NCBI GenBank assembly: GCA_018221205.1
Contig: JAAOYF010000012.1
Span: 1-34,744, forward strand
Source: Candidatus Woesearchaeota archaeon
Lineage (GTDB): Archaea > Nanobdellota > Nanobdellia > Woesearchaeales > WJIZ01
Direction of reading: 5' to 3'
DNA: 34,744 bases
The notes under the pieces are model-generated. The model searched no databases. It saw nothing but the letters and a program-made list of their open reading frames with translations, and was not told the origin of the DNA. The position numbers and the translations under genes were made by a program. This document shows positions 17,894 to 27,961 of the stretch, piece after piece (the first letter of the stretch is position 1; every line of letters starts with the position of its first letter).

Positions 17894-17909
17894 AATCTGG
17901 GCGTCAGCG

Positions 17910-17915
17910 TTTTTT
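17910..17915 (+). terminator. oligo-T terminator of the outer tRNA
   Basis: TTTTTT directly after the discriminator base. Confidence 0.6.
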
Positions 17916-17919
17916 AGAA

Positions 17920-19314
17920 TTATGCAGCAACTTTCTGCTCAGCAAGATAGGTATTGGCTATTGATTTGAGTGTGTTATGTGAATATCGTGCCATCAAATG
18001 ATTAACATGCTTTTTATCAAACCGAAGGTTATCCAACGTCGCAAACTTCTCATTTCTGGGTCGGTATGCCTTGAGGAGATCGGGTTCAGCTCGACTTAAA
18101 GCGACTACTTGCTCGTTTGTTAGATTCAGTTTCTTGCTGACTTTATCAATTTGATATGTTGCTCGATTATAGGTTTTATCTCCGGCATGGAGTGTATACT
18201 GTTCCAGTTTCTTATAGGATCCATCATCAGTGAGGGTGAAAAGTGCTCTGTTCGTTGGAATGTTCACTCCGTTTTCTCTCAATTCACTCTTAATCTTAAC
18301 CGTGTCAAGTTCCTCGATATCTTCGGAATCATCGAATTTTAAAACTCTGTATCTCTTGTCTCCACTCACTTTAAAATCTACTTCATTTATTTTTTTCGCA
18401 ACATCAGCAACATTGAGATACGCCCTGTCATTAGCTGTCCTGGTTTTTCTAATAGTGCCTTCAGCGAGACATTCTTCGAGTGAAATTCCAATCTCAGCAA
18501 GTTTTTTATCAGCAAGATGATAGCTCACTTCACCATCTATTGGTTGTCGAATTAAGCGGTCCCTTACTCTTGAGCCATAAAAAGTTTGGCCGGCGACATG
18601 CACTGACGCATGTTCTTCTTTGTCAAGAACTTGCTCTAGCTTGTCTTCTGGAATTTTTGTATATCGGGAAAGTTCTTTTTTTGATAGAATTCCACTTTGC
18701 TTACGGAGATCATTCATTTCTTCCTTGTCAAAATATATTTTGCCATGCACCTTTCTTTTCTTAAGTCTTCCACTTTTCATTCCCAGTGCTCTTAACGTTT
18801 GCACTGTTTCTTCTAGTGGGACTTCCCAGGATAATTGCCCTTTTAGTTTACTAATATCTTGATCTGAGAATTTAAATGCGCTACCGTCACGATAGCCGAT
18901 TTCGTCTCCGCTTGATATTGCTCGCTTGATTTCTTCTACTGACCGTTTTGACAATCGAGATGCTTTTTCCAATGTATGGCAGTATGTATATTCTGGGTCC
19001 CATGGCAGAGTCCCCTGAAGTGTCGAGATATCTTCTTCAGGAAATCGAAGATTTTCTCCTTCCCTGAATGGTTCGAGAATCCCTTCACCAACAGCTCGCT
19101 TTACTTCATCACCCGATCTGCCAGATCGTTGTGCAATTTCTTCAAGTAAAAGGCTTGCTTTTGGTTTTGTAGGTAAAGTCATGTCCTTGTTCTGCATCCA
19201 AGGTACGGAGAATTCATCCTTTTCGTGCCATTTCCTGCTTACGTATTCTGCTGCTTTCCCTATGGATCCAGTAACCTTCCCCGCATATCCCAGCGCCTTC
19301 TTGAACATACCCAT
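17920..19314 (-). CDS. protein with multiple excisionase/MerR-like (HTH_17-like) winged-helix repeats
   Basis: Two clear tandem repeats (LEEIAQRSGRSGDEVKRAVGEG.LEPFREGENLRFPEEDI and LEKASRLSKRSVEEIKRAISSG.EIGYRDGSAFKFSDQDI) plus weaker copies. TATA-like box near 19337-19344 suggests ATG 19314. Confidence 0.65.
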   Translation of the reverse strand: MGMFKKALGYAGKVTGSIGKAAEYVSRKWHEKDEFSVPWMQNKDMTLPTKPKASLLLEEIAQRSGRSGDEVKRAVGEGILEPFREGENLRFPEEDISTLQGTLPWDPEYTYCHTLEKASRLSKRSVEEIKRAISSGDEIGYRDGSAFKFSDQDISKLKGQLSWEVPLEETVQTLRALGMKSGRLKKRKVHGKIYFDKEEMNDLRKQSGILSKKELSRYTKIPEDKLEQVLDKEEHASVHVAGQTFYGSRVRDRLIRQPIDGEVSYHLADKKLAEIGISLEECLAEGTIRKTRTANDRAYLNVADVAKKINEVDFKVSGDKRYRVLKFDDSEDIEELDTVKIKSELRENGVNIPTNRALFTLTDDGSYKKLEQYTLHAGDKTYNRATYQIDKVSKKLNLTNEQVVALSRAEPDLLKAYRPRNEKFATLDNLRFDKKHVNHLMARYSHNTLKSIANTYLAEQKVAA

Positions 19315-19363
19315 ATCATGCACAATTGGCCAGCCTTTTAAAAAGTTTTCGTCTGCTACTACT

Positions 19364-20227
19364 CTAAAGTAGTATAATGAAGAGAACTCCAGCTACCATA
19401 AGAGAAGCCCCTACTAATCGCTCCTTTATGCCCATCTCCTTAAAGATGAAGAAACCGAGAATAACGCTCAATACTGCACTGAATCTTTTTATCGAGATGA
19501 CATAGGCTACTAGCGTTAGACTGATTGCTAGATATTGGAAGATAATCCTTATTGCGCCTGTTGTGCCTACCAACGCTAATTCCTTCCAGTGGGTCTTCAG
19601 CTGGTGTAGATGCTTTCTCGACATGATGAAGGCAATGGGTAAGGCTGCGAGTGTGAGGAAGGTGTACATGCCAAATGCCCAGAAATAGGGTGAGGAGTTC
19701 TGTATGCCGATCTTATCGAGATTTGAATTGATGCTCCAGATGAAGGCGACAAAGAGCATATATCGTGGACCTTTTTTCTTTACGAGTGCTTTGAAGGGTG
19801 CAAATAAACCGTGCTTGAGTTCCTTGATGTTCAATGCATAGGAGCCGATGACGATGAGAAGTATGCCTATCAAGCCAGTGAATGTCGGGAACTCTCCATT
19901 GATCAACGGTGAGGTTATCAACAAGAAGAGAGGAGTGAAGGTAAGCATAGGTATACTTACTGAGAGATCTGCATACTTCAAGGATTTCATGAAGAGTATA
20001 GAAGCAACGGTTGCTATTGATCCCCCTATGATAAGGACTGTCCAGAACTTTGCATTCAACGAAGGAAAAGGAAAGAAAAACATAAGTGGAATGATGATGG
20101 GAAGGGCATATAACCGAAATGCGAGGGCAACGATGAATTCATCCACTTTCTGGAGAGACTTTTTGCTGAACACATCCTTCAATGCCTCGAACAACGCTGT
20201 CAGCAATGCAAAGAGTACCCAGATCAT
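19364..20227 (-). CDS. EamA/DMT family transporter
   Basis: About 10 TM segments in two EamA repeats; LFALLTA, SLKYADLS, ISIKRFSA..SVILG. Confidence 0.9.
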   Translation of the reverse strand: MIWVLFALLTALFEALKDVFSKKSLQKVDEFIVALAFRLYALPIIIPLMFFFPFPSLNAKFWTVLIIGGSIATVASILFMKSLKYADLSVSIPMLTFTPLFLLITSPLINGEFPTFTGLIGILLIVIGSYALNIKELKHGLFAPFKALVKKKGPRYMLFVAFIWSINSNLDKIGIQNSSPYFWAFGMYTFLTLAALPIAFIMSRKHLHQLKTHWKELALVGTTGAIRIIFQYLAISLTLVAYVISIKRFSAVLSVILGFFIFKEMGIKERLVGASLMVAGVLFIILL

Positions 20228-20387
20228 AAGAAAATTATTCTCATAAACTTAATAAGTGTTTGTAATAAATATCTAGACATCTCCAAACACCTGTTCAAAA
20301 TTTCCATGCTCCTGAGAATGAATCTTAACGTATAAAATCAACTTTTTTGTAAATACATTTAAATATCTCCTTTATTTTCATTTTACC

Positions 20388-21476
20388 ATGGATTATGACT
20401 ACCAAAAAAGGGAAGAGAAGGCTGTTGCTGCCATCAAAAAAGCGATCCCTTCTTCACTAAAACAAGATATGCTCAAAGAAAGCAAAGGCATGTTTGCTGA
20501 GATGTATGAAAACAAAGAGGTCTTCCCGAATCATATCATGGGGAGTGCTATTGATTCTGTCGGTACTAAGGTTATTCTTGCAGAGGCCATGCATAAGTAT
20601 GATACTATAGGCATCGATTGTGTTGCGATGTCTGCGAATGATCTCGCAACATTTGGCAAGATGTCTCCCTTCTTATTCATCGACTGCTTGTCTGTCCAGG
20701 ACAAGATCCAGGAGGAAAGGATAAGCGGTGAAATCATCAAAGGGATTGTCAAAGGCCTTGAAGAATGTGATGCCTCTTCGATCTTACGGAATTCTATCCG
20801 ATTGAACTTTGGAAAAGGGGAAACGGCTTCAGTCCATGAGATTCTGGCTGGGCCGAAAGAAGGGTATAGTTTCGACTTAGTCGGTGGTATGATCGGTTTC
20901 ATGCCGAAACAAGAGATTGGTTTCGAAGTGAAAGAGGGACAGAAGATCATTGCCCTAACAAGTTCAGGATTGCACAGCAATGGCTATACTGATGCCCGGC
21001 TTCAATTATTGAACGGAGACTTTGAAGAACGGCCAGAGTATAAGAAACGATACAAAGGAAAATATTCTCTGAATGATGAATTCGACGGCTCTACCATAGG
21101 AAAAAGATTATTAGAACCGACAAAGCTGTATGTCGAAGACATGGCTCGTGCATCTAAGGATCATAGTGTTATTGGCATCAACAATACTGGTTATGGATTG
21201 AAGAACCTGAATCGGTTAAAGGGAAATGTAGATTTTATCATCACTGATCCGATCAAACCGCAGCCTATCTTTGAACTGATACAGAAAGAATCTGGATTCA
21301 GCGACGAAGAGATGTATCGAAAATTCAACATGGGTATGGGCTTCTTCATCATCACCGATGATGCTGAAGCTGTCCTTCAAAAAGTACAGGATGGAAAAAT
21401 AGTTGGGGAATTGGTCAAAGGCAAAGGACGGACCATCTTGAAAAGAGATACTGACATCATCTTCGAAGGCTATTAA
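20388..21476 (+). CDS. purM: phosphoribosylformylglycinamidine cyclo-ligase (AIR synthase)
   Basis: DSVGTKV, IGIDCVAMSANDL, GETA, SSGLHSNGY, LLEPT, EMYRKFNMGMG. Confidence 0.9.
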   Translation: MDYDYQKREEKAVAAIKKAIPSSLKQDMLKESKGMFAEMYENKEVFPNHIMGSAIDSVGTKVILAEAMHKYDTIGIDCVAMSANDLATFGKMSPFLFIDCLSVQDKIQEERISGEIIKGIVKGLEECDASSILRNSIRLNFGKGETASVHEILAGPKEGYSFDLVGGMIGFMPKQEIGFEVKEGQKIIALTSSGLHSNGYTDARLQLLNGDFEERPEYKKRYKGKYSLNDEFDGSTIGKRLLEPTKLYVEDMARASKDHSVIGINNTGYGLKNLNRLKGNVDFIITDPIKPQPIFELIQKESGFSDEEMYRKFNMGMGFFIITDDAEAVLQKVQDGKIVGELVKGKGRTILKRDTDIIFEGY

Positions 21477-22480
21477 TCAGTTATATTCATCACTATCCTT
21501 GCTATCATCTTCTCATCAGAGACCATCGATCGCAGATTTGTTATGATCTCTGTCATGATCATATGCTCATGGACATGATCTCCGAATTTCTCTGCAATAT
21601 CCTTTCTCACCTGTCTGTATTCCTTCTTGAGATCCCTTGAAAGGAACCTGTTGCAGGCTTTCATCTTCTCTTTTGAAGAGAGCTCGATCTCCATCGCTGA
21701 TTTATCATCTCTTTTATAGTATGATGTCATGGCCTTGACATACGCTTCCTTGATGCTGCCATAGAGATCTAAGAATTCTTTCCTGAATTTCTTTGAGAGC
21801 TGAAGCCGTTCGAGATGCTTTGAGATGCGCTTCTGCTGGTCTGCCACCCTCTCAAGATGCCTTCCGAGCCGGATATAGGTCATCATCTTCCATGGATTAT
21901 CGTCGAGCGCACGTCTTGAGGTCAGCGCCTCTCTCACTACCCTGCCGAGGAGGAAATTCAATCTGTTCACATCAAGATCGCGCTGTTTGATCGAGAAATA
22001 GGTGCAGACGCCGTTGACAGATTCCATGGAATCTGAGATAAGGCCGCGGATGATATTGTCCATCCTTCGGATTACTGATTCAGGAGAGAGGTCCTTGGTA
22101 TCGAGCAGATATCGGGTAGACATCTTGGTGCTTGTCATCTCTAATATCTCCATGCCTGCCAGATTCTTGAAGATATCCTTGATCCTCTCTGCCTGGTGGT
22201 TCATCCTCTTAGAATAGATATCGATGACGTCATAGTTCCTCAGGTAAGCGGTGATGATCTCTGCCCGTATCTGATCAATATCTTTCTTTTCTGCATTCAC
22301 GGTGATGGTCTTTATCTCGTCTGGACTGTCATCCAGATCTGTAGAAATGACCAATGAACGGGGCATCTTTTCTAACGTCAGGACTGAGCCTTTTGTCAGG
22401 CTGTTCTTTATTACCCAATCTTTTGGTAAAGATAATACATAGCTGCCTTTGCCGAACTGTATCACTTTTCTATAGTCCAT
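21473..22480 (-). CDS. phoU: AbrB-PhoU family phosphate-uptake regulator
   Basis: RKVIQFGKGSYVLSLPKDWV (AbrB), DLDVNRL and LERVAD (PhoU); GGGGTG SD. Confidence 0.88.
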   Translation of the reverse strand: MDYRKVIQFGKGSYVLSLPKDWVIKNSLTKGSVLTLEKMPRSLVISTDLDDSPDEIKTITVNAEKKDIDQIRAEIITAYLRNYDVIDIYSKRMNHQAERIKDIFKNLAGMEILEMTSTKMSTRYLLDTKDLSPESVIRRMDNIIRGLISDSMESVNGVCTYFSIKQRDLDVNRLNFLLGRVVREALTSRRALDDNPWKMMTYIRLGRHLERVADQQKRISKHLERLQLSKKFRKEFLDLYGSIKEAYVKAMTSYYKRDDKSAMEIELSSKEKMKACNRFLSRDLKKEYRQVRKDIAEKFGDHVHEHMIMTEIITNLRSMVSDEKMIARIVMNITD

Positions 22481-22494
22481 GATTCCACCCCACT

Positions 22495-22540
22495 ATTATA
22501 AAGATTATACCAAAATTATAAGTATTATAATTAAATTATA
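22495..22540. promoter_or_regulatory. five phased ATTATA repeats, putative operator
   Basis: ATTATA starts at 22495, 22504, 22515, 22524 and 22535 (spacing 9/11/9/11), upstream of phoU. Confidence 0.5.
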
Positions 22541-22632
22541 AATTTTCTGGAATACCTATATGATATATATACTATATAGCATAGGTATATATATTTGTTT
22601 CGATACTAGAGTATATAGGAGGGGTGAGCCTA

Positions 22633-22752
22633 ATGGAGTTCCTAGACAATTTTGATAGAGAAAACATGAATAAGAAGCCCTTATCTGAAGACTTTGAAGC
22701 TGGCAACAGGTACTGTTTCAAGTATATCATGCATGAATTTCCTAGGGGGTGA
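22633..22752 (+). CDS. micropeptide 1 (39 aa)
   Basis: MEFLDNFDRENMNKKPLSEDFEAGNRYCFKYIMHEFPRG; strong SD GGAGGGGTGA. Confidence 0.55.
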   Translation: MEFLDNFDRENMNKKPLSEDFEAGNRYCFKYIMHEFPRG

Positions 22753-22757
22753 TTGAG

Positions 22758-22841
22758 ATGGGAAGATATGAAGATGAATATGGAGATTTCTTCACCCGGT
22801 ACTATTTCAACGACTCTATGGGTGATTTCAGGGATAAATAA
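22758..22841 (+). CDS. micropeptide 2 (27 aa)
   Basis: MGRYEDEYGDFFTRYYFNDSMGDFRDK; SD GGGGGTGA overlaps the previous stop; T-rich tract follows. Confidence 0.55.
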   Translation: MGRYEDEYGDFFTRYYFNDSMGDFRDK

Positions 22842-22974
22842 CTTTTCTAAATTTTTAAGATATAGGCCTTGAACCGTTGAAATTTTACCGAAAGATATAT
22901 AAAGCTTGGTCGCATCCTTCAGAGAGTTCTCAGACCAGAAAATAGCAGTTTTATCGTCGAGGAATAGTGTGTAA

Positions 22975-24855
<1,881 letters not shown>

Positions 24856-24892
24856 TTAATTTTATAAACCACCTAGAAGTCCAGGATAGAGA

Positions 24893-25687
24893 ATGGCAAA
24901 AGCAGTAGCAAAGAAGAAATGGTTCAAGATTGTAGCTCCAAAACTCTTCAGAGAGAAGGTGATCGGAGAGACGACCTCTTTTGATCCCAAGACCATCATG
25001 GGCAAATCCATGAAGGTGAATATGTTCACCCTTACTGATAATATCAAGAAGCAGAACACTGAGGTCAACCTTGTTGTCGATAATGTCGATACTGATAAGG
25101 CCACGACAAGCATCGTCGGACTGAAGATCCTTCCTACTTCTATCAAGAGATTGGTCCGGAAAGGACGATCAAGGCTTGATGTCATAGTCAAAGGAATCAC
25201 CAAGGACGAAAAGGTGGTCACGGTGAAATTGCTGCTCATCACCCGGAATGTCATCCAGGGCGGTGTATCCACTGCATTGCGGCATGCTGCCCGAGCATTC
25301 ACCCATAAGAAGATAGCCTCATCCAGCCTAGCAGGGCTCACTGAGATCATCGCCACTACAAACCTGCAGAAGGAGATGAAAGGATCATTGGCAAAGATCT
25401 ATCCTATGCGAATATGTGAGGTCAGGGTGTTCAAATTTGAGCGGTTCATCAAGAGTGTTGATCTGCGGAAGATCAAAGCGCAGCTTTCAGGCATGCCTCA
25501 AGAAGTAAAGGAAGAGTCTTCTGAAGAAAGCCAAGCTGAAGAGCAAAAGGGAGAACAGGCAGAAGAAACCCAAGCTGAGGCAAAGGAAGAACCTGTAGAA
25601 GAGCCCAAAGAAGCTCAGCCTGAAGAAAAAGTAGAAGAGCCCAAAGAAGAAGTACAGGCAGAAGAGCCCAAAGAAGATAATTCTTAA
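24893..25687 (+). CDS. rps3ae: 30S ribosomal protein S3Ae (eS1) with acidic C-terminal extension
   Basis: KKKWFKIVAPKLF, IKRLVRKGRSRLD, KIYPMR.CEVR; EEPKE repeats in the tail. Confidence 0.9.
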   Translation: MAKAVAKKKWFKIVAPKLFREKVIGETTSFDPKTIMGKSMKVNMFTLTDNIKKQNTEVNLVVDNVDTDKATTSIVGLKILPTSIKRLVRKGRSRLDVIVKGITKDEKVVTVKLLLITRNVIQGGVSTALRHAARAFTHKKIASSSLAGLTEIIATTNLQKEMKGSLAKIYPMRICEVRVFKFERFIKSVDLRKIKAQLSGMPQEVKEESSEESQAEEQKGEQAEETQAEAKEEPVEEPKEAQPEEKVEEPKEEVQAEEPKEDNS

Positions 25688-25715
25688 ATAGTGATTAGGT
25701 TTTTCATAATTCCAC

Positions 25716-25836
25716 AGCCCCATAGTGTAGTGGTCAAATGGGATCGGAGATCCCAGTTACTCAGAAATCTCCGATTTCAGAGCAATCATCTTTGGTTCTG
25801 GGCCAAAGGACCTCGGTTCAAATCCGGGTGGGGCTA
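25716..25836 (+). tRNA. tRNA-Gln(CUG) with a 48-nt D-loop insertion/intron (about 25738-25785)
   Basis: AGCCCCA/TGGGGCT acceptor plus A; after removing 48 nt the D-arm reads GTGTAGTGGTCAATCAT; TTTGG-TT-CTG-GG-CCAAA; CTCGG-TTCAAAT-CCGGG; 73 nt joined. TTAAATA box at 25684-25690. Confidence 0.92.
25738..25785 (+). repeat. twin-hairpin insertion in tRNA-Gln (position 21/22)
   Basis: TGGGATC-GGA-GATCCCA then CTC-A-GAAATC-TCC-GATTTC-A-GAG; CAA repeated at both junctions. Confidence 0.85.
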
Positions 25837-25868
25837 TATACCATTCCGTGATGAATGGGAGGTTAAGA

Positions 25869-26084
25869 ATGGTAAAGAGAAAGATGCCTGAGGGCGCATA
25901 TAAATTCTATGAGAATATAGTGGCTGGATCTGTGGCAGGCCTGATTATTTTTTGGGTTGGGTGGTTTTCTATCCAACATGCTGAGAACTTTTCCGATATT
26001 GTTGGGCTTAGCTTTGGTCTAACTGTTGTGTTTTTGGTTTTAAGCTTTTTTGTGATAAAGAAGATATCTACACGAAAGGATTAA
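25869..26084 (+). CDS. small 2-TM membrane protein
   Basis: GGGAGGT SD before ATG 25869; two hydrophobic helices. Confidence 0.6.
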   Translation: MVKRKMPEGAYKFYENIVAGSVAGLIIFWVGWFSIQHAENFSDIVGLSFGLTVVFLVLSFFVIKKISTRKD

Positions 26085-26204
26085 GGAAACACCAAGTGCC
26101 CCTTTTTAAAGCATAGAATAGTTACAGTCATATAATAATGATTATTTGTATATTTTGTAAGACGTACCTAAATATTTAAAAAGCTGAAAGTAACAGTCTT
26201 TTAG

Positions 26205-26984
26205 ATGATGAAACTAAAGCCAATCCTTATTAGTATTGCAATCATAGTCACCATACTATTTATTTCTTCTTGTCAATTAAATCAAATCAAAGATATAGGA
26301 GAGAATATTGGGGGGAATATCCAAAATACCGAAGAAAGTAAATGCAGAGTATGGGCAGAGTCGTTAGTTCCTGGTTATTTGATATTCGGACCAGATTGGG
26401 AAATGAAGCAAGATATGGACTCATTTAATATATACAATGTATATCCTGTTACAAGCAAGTGGAAAGATGGTAAATCATTTGATGATAACTATCAAAGGAT
26501 GCCTATAAGTGGCTCAAGCGAGGGGCAAAATATAAATCTGCATTACAGAGACCTTCAATTTAAGAGATCTGAGCAAGTCATTAGCAAGGAAGGAGAAATA
26601 TTGGGTACAAATAGTTTTTATTTCAAACCACATATCTTCCGATTAGTGAATGTAAATATCTATACTTCATTAGAAGATGATGGATGGATACCCGCTGGAG
26701 AAGAGATTGAGATAAGTGTTAGTTGGAGTGGATTATTAGATGCATTAGAAGTATTAGATATAGACTCTCTAAAATTATTTATGACAGAAGAGAAGATGAA
26801 TGCAGATTCTATTGATACTATCTTTAATTTCTTGACTGATGATGATGAAGGAGTTTACTCTATAAAATATATATTTGATGTTGGCTCAACGACTATCATC
26901 TCCTCAGAACCAGAATTGATAGGAGAAAGACTCTTTGAGATTGTTGAATATGATATAATTGACTGTAGTTGGGTTGATGATTAA
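26205..26984 (+). CDS. hypothetical lipoprotein, AT-rich
   Basis: Signal peptide ending ISSC; acidic mature region. Confidence 0.65.
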   Translation: MMKLKPILISIAIIVTILFISSCQLNQIKDIGENIGGNIQNTEESKCRVWAESLVPGYLIFGPDWEMKQDMDSFNIYNVYPVTSKWKDGKSFDDNYQRMPISGSSEGQNINLHYRDLQFKRSEQVISKEGEILGTNSFYFKPHIFRLVNVNIYTSLEDDGWIPAGEEIEISVSWSGLLDALEVLDIDSLKLFMTEEKMNADSIDTIFNFLTDDDEGVYSIKYIFDVGSTTIISSEPELIGERLFEIVEYDIIDCSWVDD

Positions 26985-27013
26985 AGAAAGCAACAGAAAA
27001 AGACCACAACCCC

Positions 27014-27505
27014 TTATTCTAAAGAAGGCTCGTAGATCCCGATATTTCTTTGTACTTTTGCGCGGGAATCATCTCTGTTCTTGATGACCATACCTGCTGA
27101 GAAGGGGATGTAGCATTCTCCCACTAATGTGGTGCAGTCTTCGTAATACGCATTGGATTCCTGGAAATCCTCATAGCTGGGTACGATGTAGAACTCAATG
27201 TTGTTTTCTGAAGCAAATGCATACTCAACTTTATGGGCCAATAAGACGCCCTTCTGCACCTCAAAACGCTCTTTCTTGAGTGCGTCTGTCTTGGTATCGA
27301 CTAAAGTGATGAAGACGGATTCCTGGGGATCGAGATACAATAACCCAGAGATCTCATTGATCAAGGTATAGGTCACTTCTGACTCAGGCTGCTCTTCTGC
27401 CACAACAGTCTTCTCTATCTTCTCTTCTTTTTCTGGAACATACTGGACCTCTACACAGCCAATCAAGAGAATGAGCAGCGCAACCAGAGCGATAGTCCGA
27501 ATCAT
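27014..27505 (-). CDS. hypothetical lipoprotein
   Basis: Lipobox LIGC; TATA-like box upstream. Confidence 0.7.
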   Translation of the reverse strand: MIRTIALVALLILLIGCVEVQYVPEKEEKIEKTVVAEEQPESEVTYTLINEISGLLYLDPQESVFITLVDTKTDALKKERFEVQKGVLLAHKVEYAFASENNIEFYIVPSYEDFQESNAYYEDCTTLVGECYIPFSAGMVIKNRDDSRAKVQRNIGIYEPSLE

Positions 27506-27540
27506 GTGAAATCAGAAGACCAATGGGTATATAAAATTTG

Positions 27541-27858
27541 TCACTTCAACTTCTTCTCAATCCTATCTAATCTCTTGATGATCTCGTTAAGGTGAGGATT
27601 CCTTTTTGCAGTCACTTTCTGCTCTTCTTCAAAAAAACCCAGCCGGTCTTCCAGAAAACCGAGCAGGACCAACATCACTATCAAGAGGATAAAGATGGGT
27701 ATGCCCCATGTCTCTAAACGGATATCCATGCCGTATTTCTCTAAGTTAGAGAGGGCTAGGAAGAGGATAAGTGCCATGTTGATTATGCTGGCATAGGTCA
27801 GAGCGCGGTGCATGAAAACCTTTGCGTGCGTCAGTTTGCTGCGGATTTTTGATAGCAT
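27541..27858 (-). CDS. small 2-TM membrane protein with coiled-coil tail
   Basis: Two TM segments; tail IIKRLDRIEKKLK. Confidence 0.65.
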   Translation of the reverse strand: MLSKIRSKLTHAKVFMHRALTYASIINMALILFLALSNLEKYGMDIRLETWGIPIFILLIVMLVLLGFLEDRLGFFEEEQKVTAKRNPHLNEIIKRLDRIEKKLK

Positions 27859-27961
27859 CTTAAGTATCCATAATGAATTATGAGTAATTTAAAAGGTTTT
27901 CTTCCATTATATATTTTCTAGAAGATAAATATGTTTAAAATAGAATTCATTTTGAATTACT

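Larger units (their letters stand above)
17564..17909 (+). tRNA. outer tRNA-Ser(UGA) interrupted by three insertions (exons about 17564-17585, 17643-17678, 17833-17842, 17894-17909)
   Basis: Joined exons give an 84-nt cloverleaf: acceptor GCTGACG/CGTCAGC plus discriminator G; D-stem GCA/TGC; anticodon arm GTGGC-CT-TGA-GA-GCCAC; long variable arm TCC-GCAA-GGA; T-arm CCCGG-TTCAAAT-CTGGG. Confidence 0.85.

Noticed and set aside
25691..25891. 66-aa ORF over tRNA-Gln
   Set aside because: Coincides with the tRNA gene; spurious.
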